Assembly: GCA_043754515.1 (NCBI GenBank) | Contig: JAYUUO010000262.1 | Location: 1-24,868, forward strand | Reading direction: 5' to 3' | DNA length: 24,868 bases | From: Armatimonadota bacterium | Lineage (GTDB): Bacteria > Armatimonadota > Armatimonadia > Armatimonadales > Armatimonadaceae | Part shown: positions 7,983 through 18,418 of the stretch, in pieces | How the letters are laid out: each line of letters starts with the position of its first letter | Numbering within the stretch: the first letter of the stretch is position 1 | Position numbers and translations under genes: made by a program | Notes under the pieces: model-generated | Told to the model about the DNA's origin: nothing | What the model saw: the letters and a program-made list of their open reading frames with translations, nothing else | Database searches by the model: none

Positions 7983-8849
7983 ATGCCGATCCTCTACGCC
8001 GACTTACACGCCCATACAACCGCGTCCGACGGTACCGCGACGCCGGAAGAACTTGCCCGCGCCGCACGGGACGCGGGGATGGCCTACCTCGCCGTTACCG
8101 ACCACGACACGGCGAAGGCAGTCGGCGGCGTGGTCGCCGAAGCCGCGCGACTCGGCTCCCTCAAAATTATCCCCGGCGTCGAGATCTCGGCACGGGGAAC
8201 GCCGGGCTCATGCCACCTGCTCGGGCTGGGCGTGGATTACCGGAACCCGTCGCTGAACGACACCCTAGCCGATCTGCTCTCCGCGCGCGCGGAGCGGAAC
8301 CGCCAACTAGCGGAGCGGCTCACCCGGCTCGGCGCGCCTATCACCATTGAGGAGGTCATCGCGTATGCGCCGGAAGGGGCGAACCTGGGTCGGCCCCATT
8401 TCGCGCTCGCACTAGTGGCCAAAGGGTATGTCTCGACCCCACAGGAAGCCTTCGACCGTTATCTCGCCGACGGCGGTTCCGCCTTTGTCCCGAAGGACGA
8501 CTTGTCGCCCGCCGATGCCGTCGCGCTGATCCACGCCGTGGGCGGCATCGCCTTCCTCGCGCACCCCGGCTCACTCACGCTCGCCGGACACGAAACGATG
8601 GACACGCGCGTACGGGCTTACCGGGATGCCGGATTGGACGGGATTGAAGCCTATTACAGCCGTCACACCCCCGCGGAAACAGCGCGGTTTCTGCGACTCG
8701 CCCAGAGGTACGGCCTCCTCGTGACAGGCGGCTCCGATTTCCACGGCGCGAACCGCCCCGGCACCCACCTCAACCGGGTCCTCAACGAGGGCACGGAGCC
8801 GCTTCCCGCGAGTCTGCTACCGGACTTACTTTTAGCGCGGGCGGTGTAG
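7983..8849 (+). CDS. PHP domain metal-dependent phosphoesterase (TrpH/YciV-like)
   Basis: DLHAHTTASDG, AVTDHD, IPGVEIS, HLLG, GRPHFA, LAHP, GIEAYY and TGGSDFHG. Start placed at ATG 7983. Confidence 0.93.
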   Translation: MPILYADLHAHTTASDGTATPEELARAARDAGMAYLAVTDHDTAKAVGGVVAEAARLGSLKIIPGVEISARGTPGSCHLLGLGVDYRNPSLNDTLADLLSARAERNRQLAERLTRLGAPITIEEVIAYAPEGANLGRPHFALALVAKGYVSTPQEAFDRYLADGGSAFVPKDDLSPADAVALIHAVGGIAFLAHPGSLTLAGHETMDTRVRAYRDAGLDGIEAYYSRHTPAETARFLRLAQRYGLLVTGGSDFHGANRPGTHLNRVLNEGTEPLPASLLPDLLLARAV

Positions 8850-8993
8850 TGTCAGGGACGTATCTTGACTGTCATACCGACGCATTGGCAACTTGCTCCG
8901 GGCTGAATTGTCGTTGTTATCGCTTAAATTGCTAATGGCGACCTTGTTTTACAACATGGTCTAATGGGCATTATTAGATTAGGAGATCTAATA

Positions 8994-9677
8994 ATGAACG
9001 ATACGACGACTAATAACGAGTTACCGACCAGTACGGATAATGAAGTGATTAGCCTCACGCCGCTCGGCGGGGCACCCGTTAGCCCCGCGCCGCTAAACTC
9101 CGTGTCCGGGGATGATTCCGTCGCTTACGTCTCGCAACCGGTTCAACGCGCGGCGGCTCTTGGCGCACCCGTCGGCGCGTCGCATTTCGCCGTGTCGCCC
9201 AACGCGTCGCCGCCGGGCGCGGGATCGTCCCGTCTCGCGATCGCGGGCGCGTCCCGCTTCGGGGCTACCTCCGTGTCTGGTCCGGTTCGGGTCCGGCGTG
9301 GTGACATGGCTTCCGCCCGTGCCACGGACGAGCCGTCCGCCGCCTTGACCGTCGGTGCGCTCGTTGCCGGATTACTCGTCGGCGCGGCCTGCTTTTTCGC
9401 GTGGCGTTGGGTATCCCAAGCGGTGCATTTCGACACCTCTTTGTTTTCCATAGTGCTCGGGCTAGCGGTCGGTTTCGCTATGTCTCTCGTGGCCAAGAAG
9501 GAAAGTGAACTTATAACGCTCAGTGCCGCGCTTCTCGCGGCGGGCTTTTGCGTCGCTGGCACATGGCACAACCTGGGTAGCGATAAGTTAATGCCTATCT
9601 TATTCGGTGCCCTGTGTGTAGTACTCGGGGCGGGTGCCGCCGCGCGGGCGGCCACGGCGAACCCGGACGCCGTGTAA
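8994..9677 (+). CDS. Hypothetical membrane protein (low-complexity N-terminus, about 4 C-terminal TM helices)
   Basis: AGGAG 8 nt before ATG 8994. Pro/Ser/Ala-rich N-terminus followed by hydrophobic segments. Confidence 0.65.
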   Translation: MNDTTTNNELPTSTDNEVISLTPLGGAPVSPAPLNSVSGDDSVAYVSQPVQRAAALGAPVGASHFAVSPNASPPGAGSSRLAIAGASRFGATSVSGPVRVRRGDMASARATDEPSAALTVGALVAGLLVGAACFFAWRWVSQAVHFDTSLFSIVLGLAVGFAMSLVAKKESELITLSAALLAAGFCVAGTWHNLGSDKLMPILFGALCVVLGAGAAARAATANPDAV

Positions 9678-9877
9678 CACGGCTCTCGACAGTTGAACTC
9701 CCCTCCCATGTTCCGGGGGGGTAGTTATACGTCAACGCGCCGGTGTTGCCGCGGTGCTTTCGCCCTCGCGTAAATTGCCCATTATCGTCCCCCTCTGTTC
9801 CCAGTAAATAAAAAGGAGACGGACACTGTTGCGTGGAATATTAGCCCGCACGCCGACCACGTGTAGGAGGCTTCCCG

Positions 9878-10909
9878 TTGCTACCCAGACCCGCCGAATA
9901 TTACGTCGCTAGAATGCGCGAACTACATGATCGTATGCAGACCGATCTGCTACATCACCTGCGGGCGCAAGAAGATTCCGACGCGCTTCAGAGTGACCTC
10001 GCGGGGATTGCCGACGTGCGCGGCGGGGACACGATCTACACGATTGACGCCCATGGCGAGGAGATTCTGTTCGACTTCTGTGAGACGTGGAGCCGCGAAG
10101 TAGGCCCGTTCGTGTTGATAGCCGAAGGGATCGAGGAGAACGGGTGGCGGTCGTTCCCGAACGGCGCGGACGAAGCGGACGGCACGTTTCTGATGATCGT
10201 GGATCCGATTGACGGTACGCGGAATATCATGTACAACAAGCGCTCCGCCTGGATTCTGTCCGGCATCGCTCCGAACCGGGGCCCCACGACCTCGCTCGCC
10301 GACATTGAGGCGGCGGTGATGACCGAACTGCCGACCACGCGCCACCTGCTCGCCGATCAGTTGTGGGCGGCGAAAGGCGGCGGTGCCTTCCGTGAAGCGA
10401 AGGACGTATTCACCGGCGCGCGGAAGTCGCTCCCCCTCCGCCCGTCCCGGTCCCCCACCCTCGCGCACGGCTTCGCCTGCGTAGCCAAGTTCTTCCCGCC
10501 CGCCAAAGCCGAAACCGCCGCGTTCGAGGGCCGACTATTCGACGCGGTGCTGGGCGAGACCGGCGATAACCCGCTCATCTTCGACGACGAATACATCTCG
10601 ACGGGCGGCCAACTTTACGAGATCCTGGTCGGGCATGACCGGTTCATCGCCGACCTGCGCCCCCGATTCTTCGCCGCGCACGGGCTACCCGGAAAACTAG
10701 TCTGCCACCCGTATGACATCTGCACCGAACTGATCGCCCGCGAAGCCGGGGTTATTGTGACAGACGAGGCGGGCCGTCTGCTGTCCGCGCCGCTCGACAT
10801 CCGCGCCGCCGTTAATTGGGTCGGCTACGCGAACCCGGCTCTGCGCGACGCGATCCAGCCGGTTCTGACACGCCTCCTAGCCGAACTACCGAAGGGCGTC
10901 GCGTTATAG
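9878..10909 (+). CDS. Inositol monophosphatase / FIG-superfamily phosphatase
   Basis: AGGAGG upstream of TTG; AEG metal site, IVDPIDGTRN, and HPYDIC...AREAGVIVTD. Confidence 0.88.
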   Translation: MLPRPAEYYVARMRELHDRMQTDLLHHLRAQEDSDALQSDLAGIADVRGGDTIYTIDAHGEEILFDFCETWSREVGPFVLIAEGIEENGWRSFPNGADEADGTFLMIVDPIDGTRNIMYNKRSAWILSGIAPNRGPTTSLADIEAAVMTELPTTRHLLADQLWAAKGGGAFREAKDVFTGARKSLPLRPSRSPTLAHGFACVAKFFPPAKAETAAFEGRLFDAVLGETGDNPLIFDDEYISTGGQLYEILVGHDRFIADLRPRFFAAHGLPGKLVCHPYDICTELIAREAGVIVTDEAGRLLSAPLDIRAAVNWVGYANPALRDAIQPVLTRLLAELPKGVAL

Positions 10910-11042
10910 CGCCGTATCAACGATGTCACCCGAAAGATAAAATCCACGATGACCCATAAGACCGTGCCAACCTACCCAACAATACGATGCTCCATGGTAG
11001 CGGCGGGAATCGCTGTCGCTTTACAGAGTGGACGGGAGATAA

Positions 11043-11957
11043 GTGGAAGCCGTGAGTCACGCGAAATCTGATCACATGCCTATCTTTTCCTTCGTTGCTA
11101 CGGTTTCTGCCGTCGCGCTGGCGGTAGTCCTACTGTTACCCGCATGCCGGCCTTTGTATGCTCAATCGGGCGGCTTCAAGCCTACGGAGCCGAGTGTCCT
11201 TCGTCGCGAGTTGCAAGTAAAAGATCGTCACGCGCGGAATAGACGGGTCTGGCTTTATATGCCTTCCACGATAACAGCAAAGTCTAAACTCCGCGCGGTG
11301 TTGATCGTTGCGGCGGGATCAAGAATGTTTAACGGGGTTTTGCTAACATCCGGGGACGTGCCCGAACACCTGCCCTACGTCCGCGCGGGTTTCGTGGTGA
11401 TCGCCTACGAAACAGACGGGACACTGACCGGTGACGATGAACCGAGCGTTATCCGCGCGGCGAGTGAGTTCGCCGAGGCACGGGGCGGTCTGCGGAACGC
11501 CGAGGCCGCACTGGATACCGTACTTCCCCTCGCGCGGTATATTGATCGTTCGCACATCTACGCGGTCGGACACAGTTCGGCGGCGACACTCGCTCTCGCT
11601 GTCGCCACAAATGTCCCTCATATAGCTGGCTGTGTCGCATACGCACCACAACCGGACATCGTGAATTACCTGGGTGATCTGGGAAAGGGACTTGACAAAC
11701 GCGTTCCCGGCTTTCTTGCCGCGATGTCAGCCGTGTCTCCTCAGGACAACGCACGGCGATTGCGCCGCCCGATCTTTCTTTTTCATGCGAAGGACGATAC
11801 CACTGTCACCCGAGCCGCCATATTCTCTTATATCGGTGAACTGCGCCGGGAACATGTCTTGTTCACGTTCAAGGAAGTACCGAACGGAGGTCACTACGAC
11901 TCGATGATACGAGAGGGAATACCCGCCGGGATTAAGTGGATGAAAAAGCAACCGTAG
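11043..11957 (+). CDS. Secreted alpha/beta hydrolase (prolyl oligopeptidase/S9-like)
   Basis: Signal peptide ending LYA-Q; nucleophile elbow AVGHSSAA, FHAKDDTTV (Asp) and GGHYDSM (His). The start may be ATG 11076. Confidence 0.82.
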   Translation: MEAVSHAKSDHMPIFSFVATVSAVALAVVLLLPACRPLYAQSGGFKPTEPSVLRRELQVKDRHARNRRVWLYMPSTITAKSKLRAVLIVAAGSRMFNGVLLTSGDVPEHLPYVRAGFVVIAYETDGTLTGDDEPSVIRAASEFAEARGGLRNAEAALDTVLPLARYIDRSHIYAVGHSSAATLALAVATNVPHIAGCVAYAPQPDIVNYLGDLGKGLDKRVPGFLAAMSAVSPQDNARRLRRPIFLFHAKDDTTVTRAAIFSYIGELRREHVLFTFKEVPNGGHYDSMIREGIPAGIKWMKKQP

Positions 11958-11978
11958 GTGGAGGGATTAAATAACACA

Positions 11979-12950
11979 ATGGGAATCGTACGTAAGGCGG
12001 TTATCACGGCGGCGGGGCGCGGGACACGGCAGTTCCCCGCCACCCGCTCCATCCAGAAAGAACTCCTGCCGATGGTGGACCGCGACGGCGTGACAAAGCC
12101 AACGATCCAGATCATCGTCGAGGAGTGTCTCGCGTCCGGCATCGAGGACATCTGCATCGTAGTTTCGCCCGGCGGCGCGGAGGCGTTCCAGAAGCACTTC
12201 GCGCGACTGACCGACGAGGAACGCCGGGTGTTCAAGAATAAGGAGTGGGCACTCGCGCAGGCGGACGCCCTGCGCCGGATGCAGGAGCGCATTACCTATG
12301 TCGAACAACCCACGCCCGAAGGCTACGGGCATGCCGTGTACCAGGCTCGGGAGTTCATACGCGACGAGCCATTCCTGCTCCTACTCGGCGACCACATCTA
12401 CATCGCGGGCGGCAAGAAGCGGTGCGCGGAGCAGGTGATCGAGACGTACAATGTAGCGCGGTGCGCCGTGTCCGCCGTGCAACAGACCCCCGACGATAAG
12501 TTGCACCTATTCGGCACCGTGCAGGGCACCCCACTCGGTTCCGACCCGCCGATCTACGACATCACGGCGATGTACGAGAAGCCGACCATTGAGTACGCCG
12601 CCGAGCACCTGCAAACGCCCGGCGTGAAGCGCGGCTATTACCTCTGCTTTTTCGGGATGCATGTCTTCCCGCCGACGATCTTCGACTGCCTCCAGCACCA
12701 CATCGAGAACGATATACGGCAGGGCGGCGAGATACAGATGACTTCTAGCATGGACCTGTTGCGGTCGCGGGAGCGGTACGTCGCCGTGGAGACGCGGGGG
12801 GAACGCTACGACATGGGGGTGCCGTTCGGATACGTCGAGACGCAGACCGCGCTGGCCCTGAACGGCGTGGAGCGGACGGAGATGCTGTCCGCGCTACTAC
12901 GGATCGTGGCGAAGTCGGCGGCGACCGAGCCGTTCGGCAACATCGGCTAG
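11979..12950 (+). CDS. UTP--glucose-1-phosphate uridylyltransferase-like sugar nucleotidyltransferase (GalU-like)
   Basis: KAVITAAGRGTRQFPATRSIQKELLP, EQPTPEGYGHAV, LLLGDH, YEKP, GEIQMT and RYDMG. Confidence 0.88.
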   Translation: MGIVRKAVITAAGRGTRQFPATRSIQKELLPMVDRDGVTKPTIQIIVEECLASGIEDICIVVSPGGAEAFQKHFARLTDEERRVFKNKEWALAQADALRRMQERITYVEQPTPEGYGHAVYQAREFIRDEPFLLLLGDHIYIAGGKKRCAEQVIETYNVARCAVSAVQQTPDDKLHLFGTVQGTPLGSDPPIYDITAMYEKPTIEYAAEHLQTPGVKRGYYLCFFGMHVFPPTIFDCLQHHIENDIRQGGEIQMTSSMDLLRSRERYVAVETRGERYDMGVPFGYVETQTALALNGVERTEMLSALLRIVAKSAATEPFGNIG

Positions 12951-13033
12951 CGGCGAGCGTAGTGCCGGATTCGGTCGCGCGATGCCACCCACCGGGGATG
13001 CACCGACGATCCTTGGTGTTACGCGGCGAATCT

Positions 13034-14161
13034 CTAGCACGCCAGCGACGCGGCGAGGTCGGCGAGGCGTTCCGTCAACGCGTCTCTTATCTCGCCCGGA
13101 TCGAAGCCAGGTTCCCAAAGGAGGGACACCACCGTGACCGTGCCGGCTCGTTTATTCAGACGCGGCTCGACCCGCCCGACCAGGCGATCCCCCCACAGAA
13201 TAGGTAGCACGTAGTAGCCCCACCTGCGCTTCGCGGCTGGGGTGTATACCTCCCATATGTAGTCGAAATCCCACAACAGGCGCGTCCGGTCACGGTCATA
13301 TACCAGCGGGTCGAGCGGCGCGAGCAGGTTCAAGGTCTCGCTCGCGCGGGGCGTGGAATCGTCGCCGCCCGTCAATCGGGGAAGGTCGTCTGTGAAGACG
13401 TGCCATGGGCGGACGTCGCCCTCGATTAGAACCGCAGTCGTCTCGCCTTCCTCAAGCATCGCCTTGTCGGCGGGGCGCAATCGGAACAGGCGACGGGCGC
13501 GGAGCCGCTTGCGCGCGAGATACGCGTGGGCTTCGGCGTCCGTCGGGACGGGGGCGGCGAGCGCGTCTCCCGGCAGTAGCCGCTCGATCCGGTCGAAGGC
13601 GCGCAGGAACCCGTCCCGCCGCGCGATACCGAGCCGCCCCTGCGCGAACAGTTTGTCGGCGACGAACGACAGCATATGGGTACGCGTCCCCCACCCCGAC
13701 GTCGTGTGGCCGTGCTCCGCGCCGAGTGCTTTCGCGTCGCGCAGAAGAAGAGGCCCGTCCGCATCCAGCCTCGCGAACAGGGTGTCTGCGGCGGCTTGCT
13801 CGTCCGGCGTCATGGCACCCCACCGCCCTTCCCGCTCCCGCCGATGCCTCATGCCGGGGACGAAGTACGGGTAGTCGCCCATCGGGAGCACGCACAGGTT
13901 CGGCAGGTAAAACTCCCACGCGCGGCGCGGTGCGTCCTCGTACAGGAACCGGGACAGGTCGGCGGGCGCGTAGTTCCGGACGCGGCTCCACAGGATCAAG
14001 TCATGGATTCGCCCGCAAACATGGATGGAGTCTTCCTGCACGAATCCCAGCGTATCGAGCGTGTCCGCGACGGACGGGAGCGTCTGGAACGCGTCAAGGG
14101 CGAAGGCGCGGACGAGAAAGCGGCGGGCGTCGGCGCGCGAGACGGCAAGCGGCGGGGGCAT
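13034..14161 (-). CDS. YcaQ/AlkZ-like (HTH_42) DNA glycosylase, crosslink repair family
   Basis: FVQEDSIHV (QxD catalytic motif), LLAPLDPLVYDRDR...WDFDYIWEVYTPAAKRRWGYYVLPIL.GDRLVGR. Start placed at ATG 14161. Confidence 0.9.
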   Translation of the reverse strand: MPPPLAVSRADARRFLVRAFALDAFQTLPSVADTLDTLGFVQEDSIHVCGRIHDLILWSRVRNYAPADLSRFLYEDAPRRAWEFYLPNLCVLPMGDYPYFVPGMRHRREREGRWGAMTPDEQAAADTLFARLDADGPLLLRDAKALGAEHGHTTSGWGTRTHMLSFVADKLFAQGRLGIARRDGFLRAFDRIERLLPGDALAAPVPTDAEAHAYLARKRLRARRLFRLRPADKAMLEEGETTAVLIEGDVRPWHVFTDDLPRLTGGDDSTPRASETLNLLAPLDPLVYDRDRTRLLWDFDYIWEVYTPAAKRRWGYYVLPILWGDRLVGRVEPRLNKRAGTVTVVSLLWEPGFDPGEIRDALTERLADLAASLAC

Positions 14162-14535
14162 AGGACTGGATTGTACCGCGCGAGGGCGGGGAATATCTCG
14201 GGCGAGAATAAACATCCGTGAAACAAACGCTTATTTATTATCAGACCTTGACATATACTAGCTTTAGTATTAGTCGGAGGACAGAACGGAAGGAAGCGGC
14301 GTGTTAGCTAGCAAAGACGTAACGAAATGCTTTATCGTTGCGCTAGTCAATCTTTATTTGGTTCTCCACGATGGATGATTCATCACAGGTATTACAGCAA
14401 AGTGTATTTCCGTTCGCAGGCAAAAATACCTCGTAAAAAACGGGTTCAAGCAAGCGTAGACGCATTCGTTGCATTCTTCACTCTTCTGACACGCGATCGT
14501 CTTCAGCGCGACGAAATGCGAAGAAGCAGGTGCTG

Positions 14536-14688
14536 TTAGTAGGCATTCTGCATAGCGCACTCGTCCCAGACGGAGAAGCCGCCGTGGTGATCGTTCTCCT
14601 CGTTATTCGTTTCCCACTCGGTGGACGTAGCAAGCGCGGCGCGGGCATCGGTCAACGCCGCATCAATCTGGTGCTGTTCGGGTATCAT
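14536..14688 (-). pseudogene. Short 50-aa ORF, possibly the 5' remnant of a decayed gene
   Basis: ATG 14688 with GAGG upstream; MIPEQHQIDAALTDARAAL...QNAY*. Fragmentary ORFs follow downstream in an AT-richer tract. No recognised family. Confidence 0.3.
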
Positions 14689-14811
14689 TCTTTCGCCTCG
14701 TCTCTTTCGGCATCATCGTTCCGGCTAGCCGAGTCAAACCAGCGCGGTTTCCCCGCCTTCTTGACGCCCCGGCCCAGTCGTAGCTCGGGCCGCGGCTCGG
14801 GCGAGAACGAA

Positions 14812-15238
14812 TTACAGTAGGCCTATCATCGTTCGTATCTCGGTGAGCTGCCGAAGGATCTCTTGTTGCAGACGCAGTTCAAGCTGTTGCCTTTCGATCA
14901 CTAATTGCAATGCGGATTGGTCGCGGCGACGCGTTCTGAGTTGCGGACGGTTCAAGTAGAGTCGCTCTATTAGTCGCTCGCCAATGCCACTCCGGGCGCG
15001 GATGGTGCCGTCTAATTCCTGGTCGAATTCCCATGCCTGCTCGTCGTGAACGGGATGCGGCAAACGATCCGCTTCCAATTCGCCCCAATAGTCTCCTTTA
15101 AACTCGTTACAAGCATGACAAGCATACACAATATTATCGCGCGTCGTCGGTACCGCCCGCGCTAATCGGGCGGAAATAATCATAGGTTAACTCCGAACCA
15201 ACCGTTGTTTCGGACACGCCGCGATAGCCGCAAATGAG
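14812..15238 (-). pseudogene. HNH endonuclease pseudogene
   Basis: One frame reads CGYRGVSETTVGSELTYDYFRPISAGGTDDA, then a frameshift to DNIVYACHACNEFKGDYW...LYLNRPQL. The expected CxxC is CGYR and the expected DH is DY. No intact start. Confidence 0.82.
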
Positions 15239-15324
15239 CGTCGTAGAAGCCGGCCTCGTCGCGGCAACAATGAATGGTAAACGTGAACTCACTCGGCTGA
15301 TATTCAATGTTATCCCATCCCCGT

Positions 15325-15602
15325 TTATACATTTCTCTTCTCCAGGGCTATCTTGTTTCGGATCGTGAACGCTACGGCACCGACGGCTACCGCGAATGCA
15401 ATGATAAAAGGTGATGCGAGCATCAGTGCGATCCCCGCGCCCACATTACTACAGCCGTCGGGAAACTCGCGCGGGTTAGCGTATACGTAGCCACAGGGAT
15501 TGTACCGATGGTCGTACCAGAGGAGGTACCCAACAACCCCGGCGACGTATATGCCTACGCGGCCGCGAGGCCCACCGCCAACGACGTCAGCACACGCTTC
15601 AC
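15325..15602 (-). pseudogene. Small 2-TM membrane protein with an apparent frameshift
   Basis: GTG 15602 overlaps the ABC stop (GTGA) and reads MKRVLTSLAVGLAA. It continues in another frame as VGIYVAGVVGYLLW...GAGIALMLASPFIIAFAVAVGAVAF. Confidence 0.5.
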
Positions 15603-17419
15603 CGCGCCAGCACCACTTCCGCCCTGCCCGCCGACACGCCGTTCGTGTACTGCCGCGCCTCCGCTTCGTCGCGCGACGCCGACGCGTACAGCTCGACCCG
15701 GAACTGCTCCGCGTACAAACGCGCGTAGACGCCGCCGAGCGCAAGTAACTCCGCGTGCGTACCCATCTCCGCCACCTCGCCGAGTTCCATCACCACGATC
15801 TTATCCGCCTTGGTGATCGTGGACAGGCGGTGCGCGATCACGAACGACGTCCGCCCGCGTAGTAGCGTGTCCAGTGCGTCCTGGATTAATGCCTCGGTCT
15901 CCGAGTCGAGCGAACTGGTCGCCTCGTCCAGGATCAGAATACGTGGGTCGGCAAGCAGAGCGCGGGCAATCGCCATCCGCTGTTTCTCGCCGACCGACAG
16001 TTTCACGCCGTCTTCGCCGATCTTGGTGTCATAGCCGTCCGGGAACGCCGCGATGACCTGATGGATGTTCGCCGCCCGCGCCGCCGCCTCGATCTCCTCG
16101 TCCGTCGCATCCAGTTTCCCGTAACGCAGGTTCTCCCGGATGGTTGCGTGGAAAAGGATGCTCTCCTGTAGCACGACGCCGACCTGGCGGCGGAGCGAGT
16201 GCAGTTTCACCGCCCGCACCTCGTAACCGTCCACAGTCAGTTTGCCCTCGGAAACGTCGTAGTGGCGCAATAGCAGGTTTGTGAGCGTGGTCTTGCCGGA
16301 GCCGGAGCCGCCGACGAACGCGATCATCTCGCCGGGGTTCACCGACAGATCGAAGCCCTTGATGACCCACTGTCCCGGCTCGTAGGCGAAGCGGACGTTC
16401 TCGTAGCGCACGAATCCTTTGATCGTGGGCAGGTCGGGCGCGTTCGGCAGATCCGTGACCGCGGGCGGCGTGTCCAGCACGTCGAAAATGCGCCGTAACC
16501 CGGTTTGCGTCCGCGCGAGCTGGTCGTTCATCTGGATCAGACGCACCGTGGGCGCGTACACGAAACCAGTAGCAAGGAGCAGGAACTGCACCAGCCCTCC
16601 CTGGCCGAGCTGCCCGCGCATCACGGCGTACCCGCCCGCGCATAGAATGACCGCGGTGCCGACGGCGGAGATAAGTTCGGCGCGGACGAAAAGGAGCGTG
16701 CCGAGCGTGTTTTGCTTCACGTTCAGGTCGAAATTGTCGCGGTTTAGATGCGTGTACTGCCGCACCTCGGAACGCTCCTGGGCGTACGACTTGACGACCT
16801 GCACTCCGGCGAGTTTCTCCTGCAAGTCGGAGAAGATCACGCCGCGTAGTTCGCTGATCTTGCCCGCGTTGTCGGTCAGTGCCTTGCGCGTCAGGTAGTA
16901 GTTGACGACATATATCGGGTAGACACAGAGCGCGAGGAGCGTGAGCCGCCAGTTCTGGTAAAACATCATGCCGACCGCGCCGATCAGGATCACTGTGTCC
17001 TGGATGATGGTGGTAAACCCGCCTTGTAGGAGCGCGTTCACCTGCCCGACGTCGTTCACGACCGTGGCGACGATCTTGCCGATCTGCGCCTTCTCGAAAA
17101 AGCCCTGCGATAGGTGTTGCAGGTGGTCATGCAAGCGTTGCCGGATGTTGTAGGAAAACTGTTGCGAGAGCCAAACGACGCCGACGCCCATTATAAAGGT
17201 CAGGGTACCGATGCCGAGCGCGATCCCGACCATTTGCGCGAAGAAAAGCGGCAGATTGATCGGCACCGGATGGCGCGGGTCGAGGGCGTTGAAAAGCACG
17301 CGCACCAGAGAAGGGACTTGGAGCGAGAGCACGGAGTTCGCCAACGTCACGGCGGCGATGCCGACGCAAACGGAGAGATAGGGGCGCAGTTCCCGGAGGA
17401 ACCGGACCAGTAGGTTCAC
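15599..17419 (-). CDS. ABC exporter, fused permease/ATPase (MsbA/Sav1866-like)
   Basis: N-terminal TM domain; Walker A GGSGSGKT, Q-loop VLQE, signature LSVGEKQR, Walker B ILILDEATSSLD, and IAHRLST. Confidence 0.95.
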   Translation of the reverse strand: MNLLVRFLRELRPYLSVCVGIAAVTLANSVLSLQVPSLVRVLFNALDPRHPVPINLPLFFAQMVGIALGIGTLTFIMGVGVVWLSQQFSYNIRQRLHDHLQHLSQGFFEKAQIGKIVATVVNDVGQVNALLQGGFTTIIQDTVILIGAVGMMFYQNWRLTLLALCVYPIYVVNYYLTRKALTDNAGKISELRGVIFSDLQEKLAGVQVVKSYAQERSEVRQYTHLNRDNFDLNVKQNTLGTLLFVRAELISAVGTAVILCAGGYAVMRGQLGQGGLVQFLLLATGFVYAPTVRLIQMNDQLARTQTGLRRIFDVLDTPPAVTDLPNAPDLPTIKGFVRYENVRFAYEPGQWVIKGFDLSVNPGEMIAFVGGSGSGKTTLTNLLLRHYDVSEGKLTVDGYEVRAVKLHSLRRQVGVVLQESILFHATIRENLRYGKLDATDEEIEAAARAANIHQVIAAFPDGYDTKIGEDGVKLSVGEKQRMAIARALLADPRILILDEATSSLDSETEALIQDALDTLLRGRTSFVIAHRLSTITKADKIVVMELGEVAEMGTHAELLALGGVYARLYAEQFRVELYASASRDEAEARQYTNGVSAGRAEVVLAR

Positions 17420-17520
17420 TTTTCGCGGTGTCCTTTCTGCCGGCTTTGAGCTATGGATAGTTTACCACGGAACGCGGGCACCGTCGGGTTGTGAAATCGA
17501 GCGATCAGGGCGAGGGGAAG

Positions 17521-18360
17521 TTACCGCGTCCGCGCGTCACGAAGCCATTTCACGTGCCCGTCCAGAAACACGCGGTTACGCCCCCCAAAATGCACCGCCT
17601 TGCCGCGCGCGGTCACCGGAACCGTGGGGATCGTCGCGGGGAAATACGGGTCTACCACCATTTCGATGTCCGCGACCGATTGCGGATGGAGCGGCGTGAT
17701 CGTTAGGTTGCCGGACGCCGTGAGGTCGCGCAGTGCCTCGTCCTCCGACTCGCCCCAGAACGTCGGCCCCGTCACGCCTGGCTTCGGGAACGTCGGCGTG
17801 TCGAACCGCCAGAGCCAGTAGCGGCACATGGCGGAGCGCGGCTCGTACGGCGCGGGCGGAGTGACCTGCACGGTTTGCGCGAGGTCCGCGAATGTAGAGC
17901 CGGCGACCGCGGGACAGTTCCACACCCGCGCGTCCCCGATATACGAATGGAGCACGATCATCGCCCAGCCGCCGCGCGGGTCGGACGCGGGCCAGCCGGG
18001 ACTCCACGGGCGGAACCCGCCGGGGAGCGCGGTTTTCAAGTCACGCCGATCAGGAAGAAGCCCGTCATAATCCTGCATATATTGCTGAAATCCCAAACCG
18101 ATCTGCCGCAGGTTTGACGCGCAGACCGTCTGCCGCCCCTTTTCCCGAACCTGCGCGAAGACGGGAAACAGGATCGCAGCGAGCAGTAAGATGATGGCTA
18201 TTACGACGAGAAGCTCGATCAAGGTAAAACCGCCCCGGCCAGTTTGTACCGTGGTAAAGCCGAAAGGCCCCCCGCCCGCGCTGGCAATCGCGCCGCCACG
18301 GGCAGGATTGCTAGCGTTACCAGCGTTACCGGCGTCGGGAATGGTGACGGCGCGCATCAT
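17521..18360 (-). CDS. Prepilin-type N-terminal cleavage/methylation protein, DUF1559 with H-X9-DG C-terminal motif
   Basis: [45 protein letters not shown]...YMQDYD and C-terminal [15 protein letters not shown]. Confidence 0.92.
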   Translation of the reverse strand: MMRAVTIPDAGNAGNASNPARGGAIASAGGGPFGFTTVQTGRGGFTLIELLVVIAIILLLAAILFPVFAQVREKGRQTVCASNLRQIGLGFQQYMQDYDGLLPDRRDLKTALPGGFRPWSPGWPASDPRGGWAMIVLHSYIGDARVWNCPAVAGSTFADLAQTVQVTPPAPYEPRSAMCRYWLWRFDTPTFPKPGVTGPTFWGESEDEALRDLTASGNLTITPLHPQSVADIEMVVDPYFPATIPTVPVTARGKAVHFGGRNRVFLDGHVKWLRDARTR

Positions 18361-18418
18361 ATATTGATCATGTTTCCGGAGACGACACTGGTTAAGTCAG
18401 CCGCCGCCACGCCGGGTG

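Noticed and set aside
14281..14300. CAGAACGGAAGGAAGCGGC resembles SRP RNA domain IV (CAGGUCCGGAAGGAAGCAGC)
   Set aside because: The stem around GGAA does not pair (AAC vs GGA) and there is no long flanking helix.
14354..14560. 68-aa ORF as a possible RelE/ParE toxin
   Set aside because: The resemblance is only superficial; it is Cys-rich with no RBS or clear antitoxin partner.
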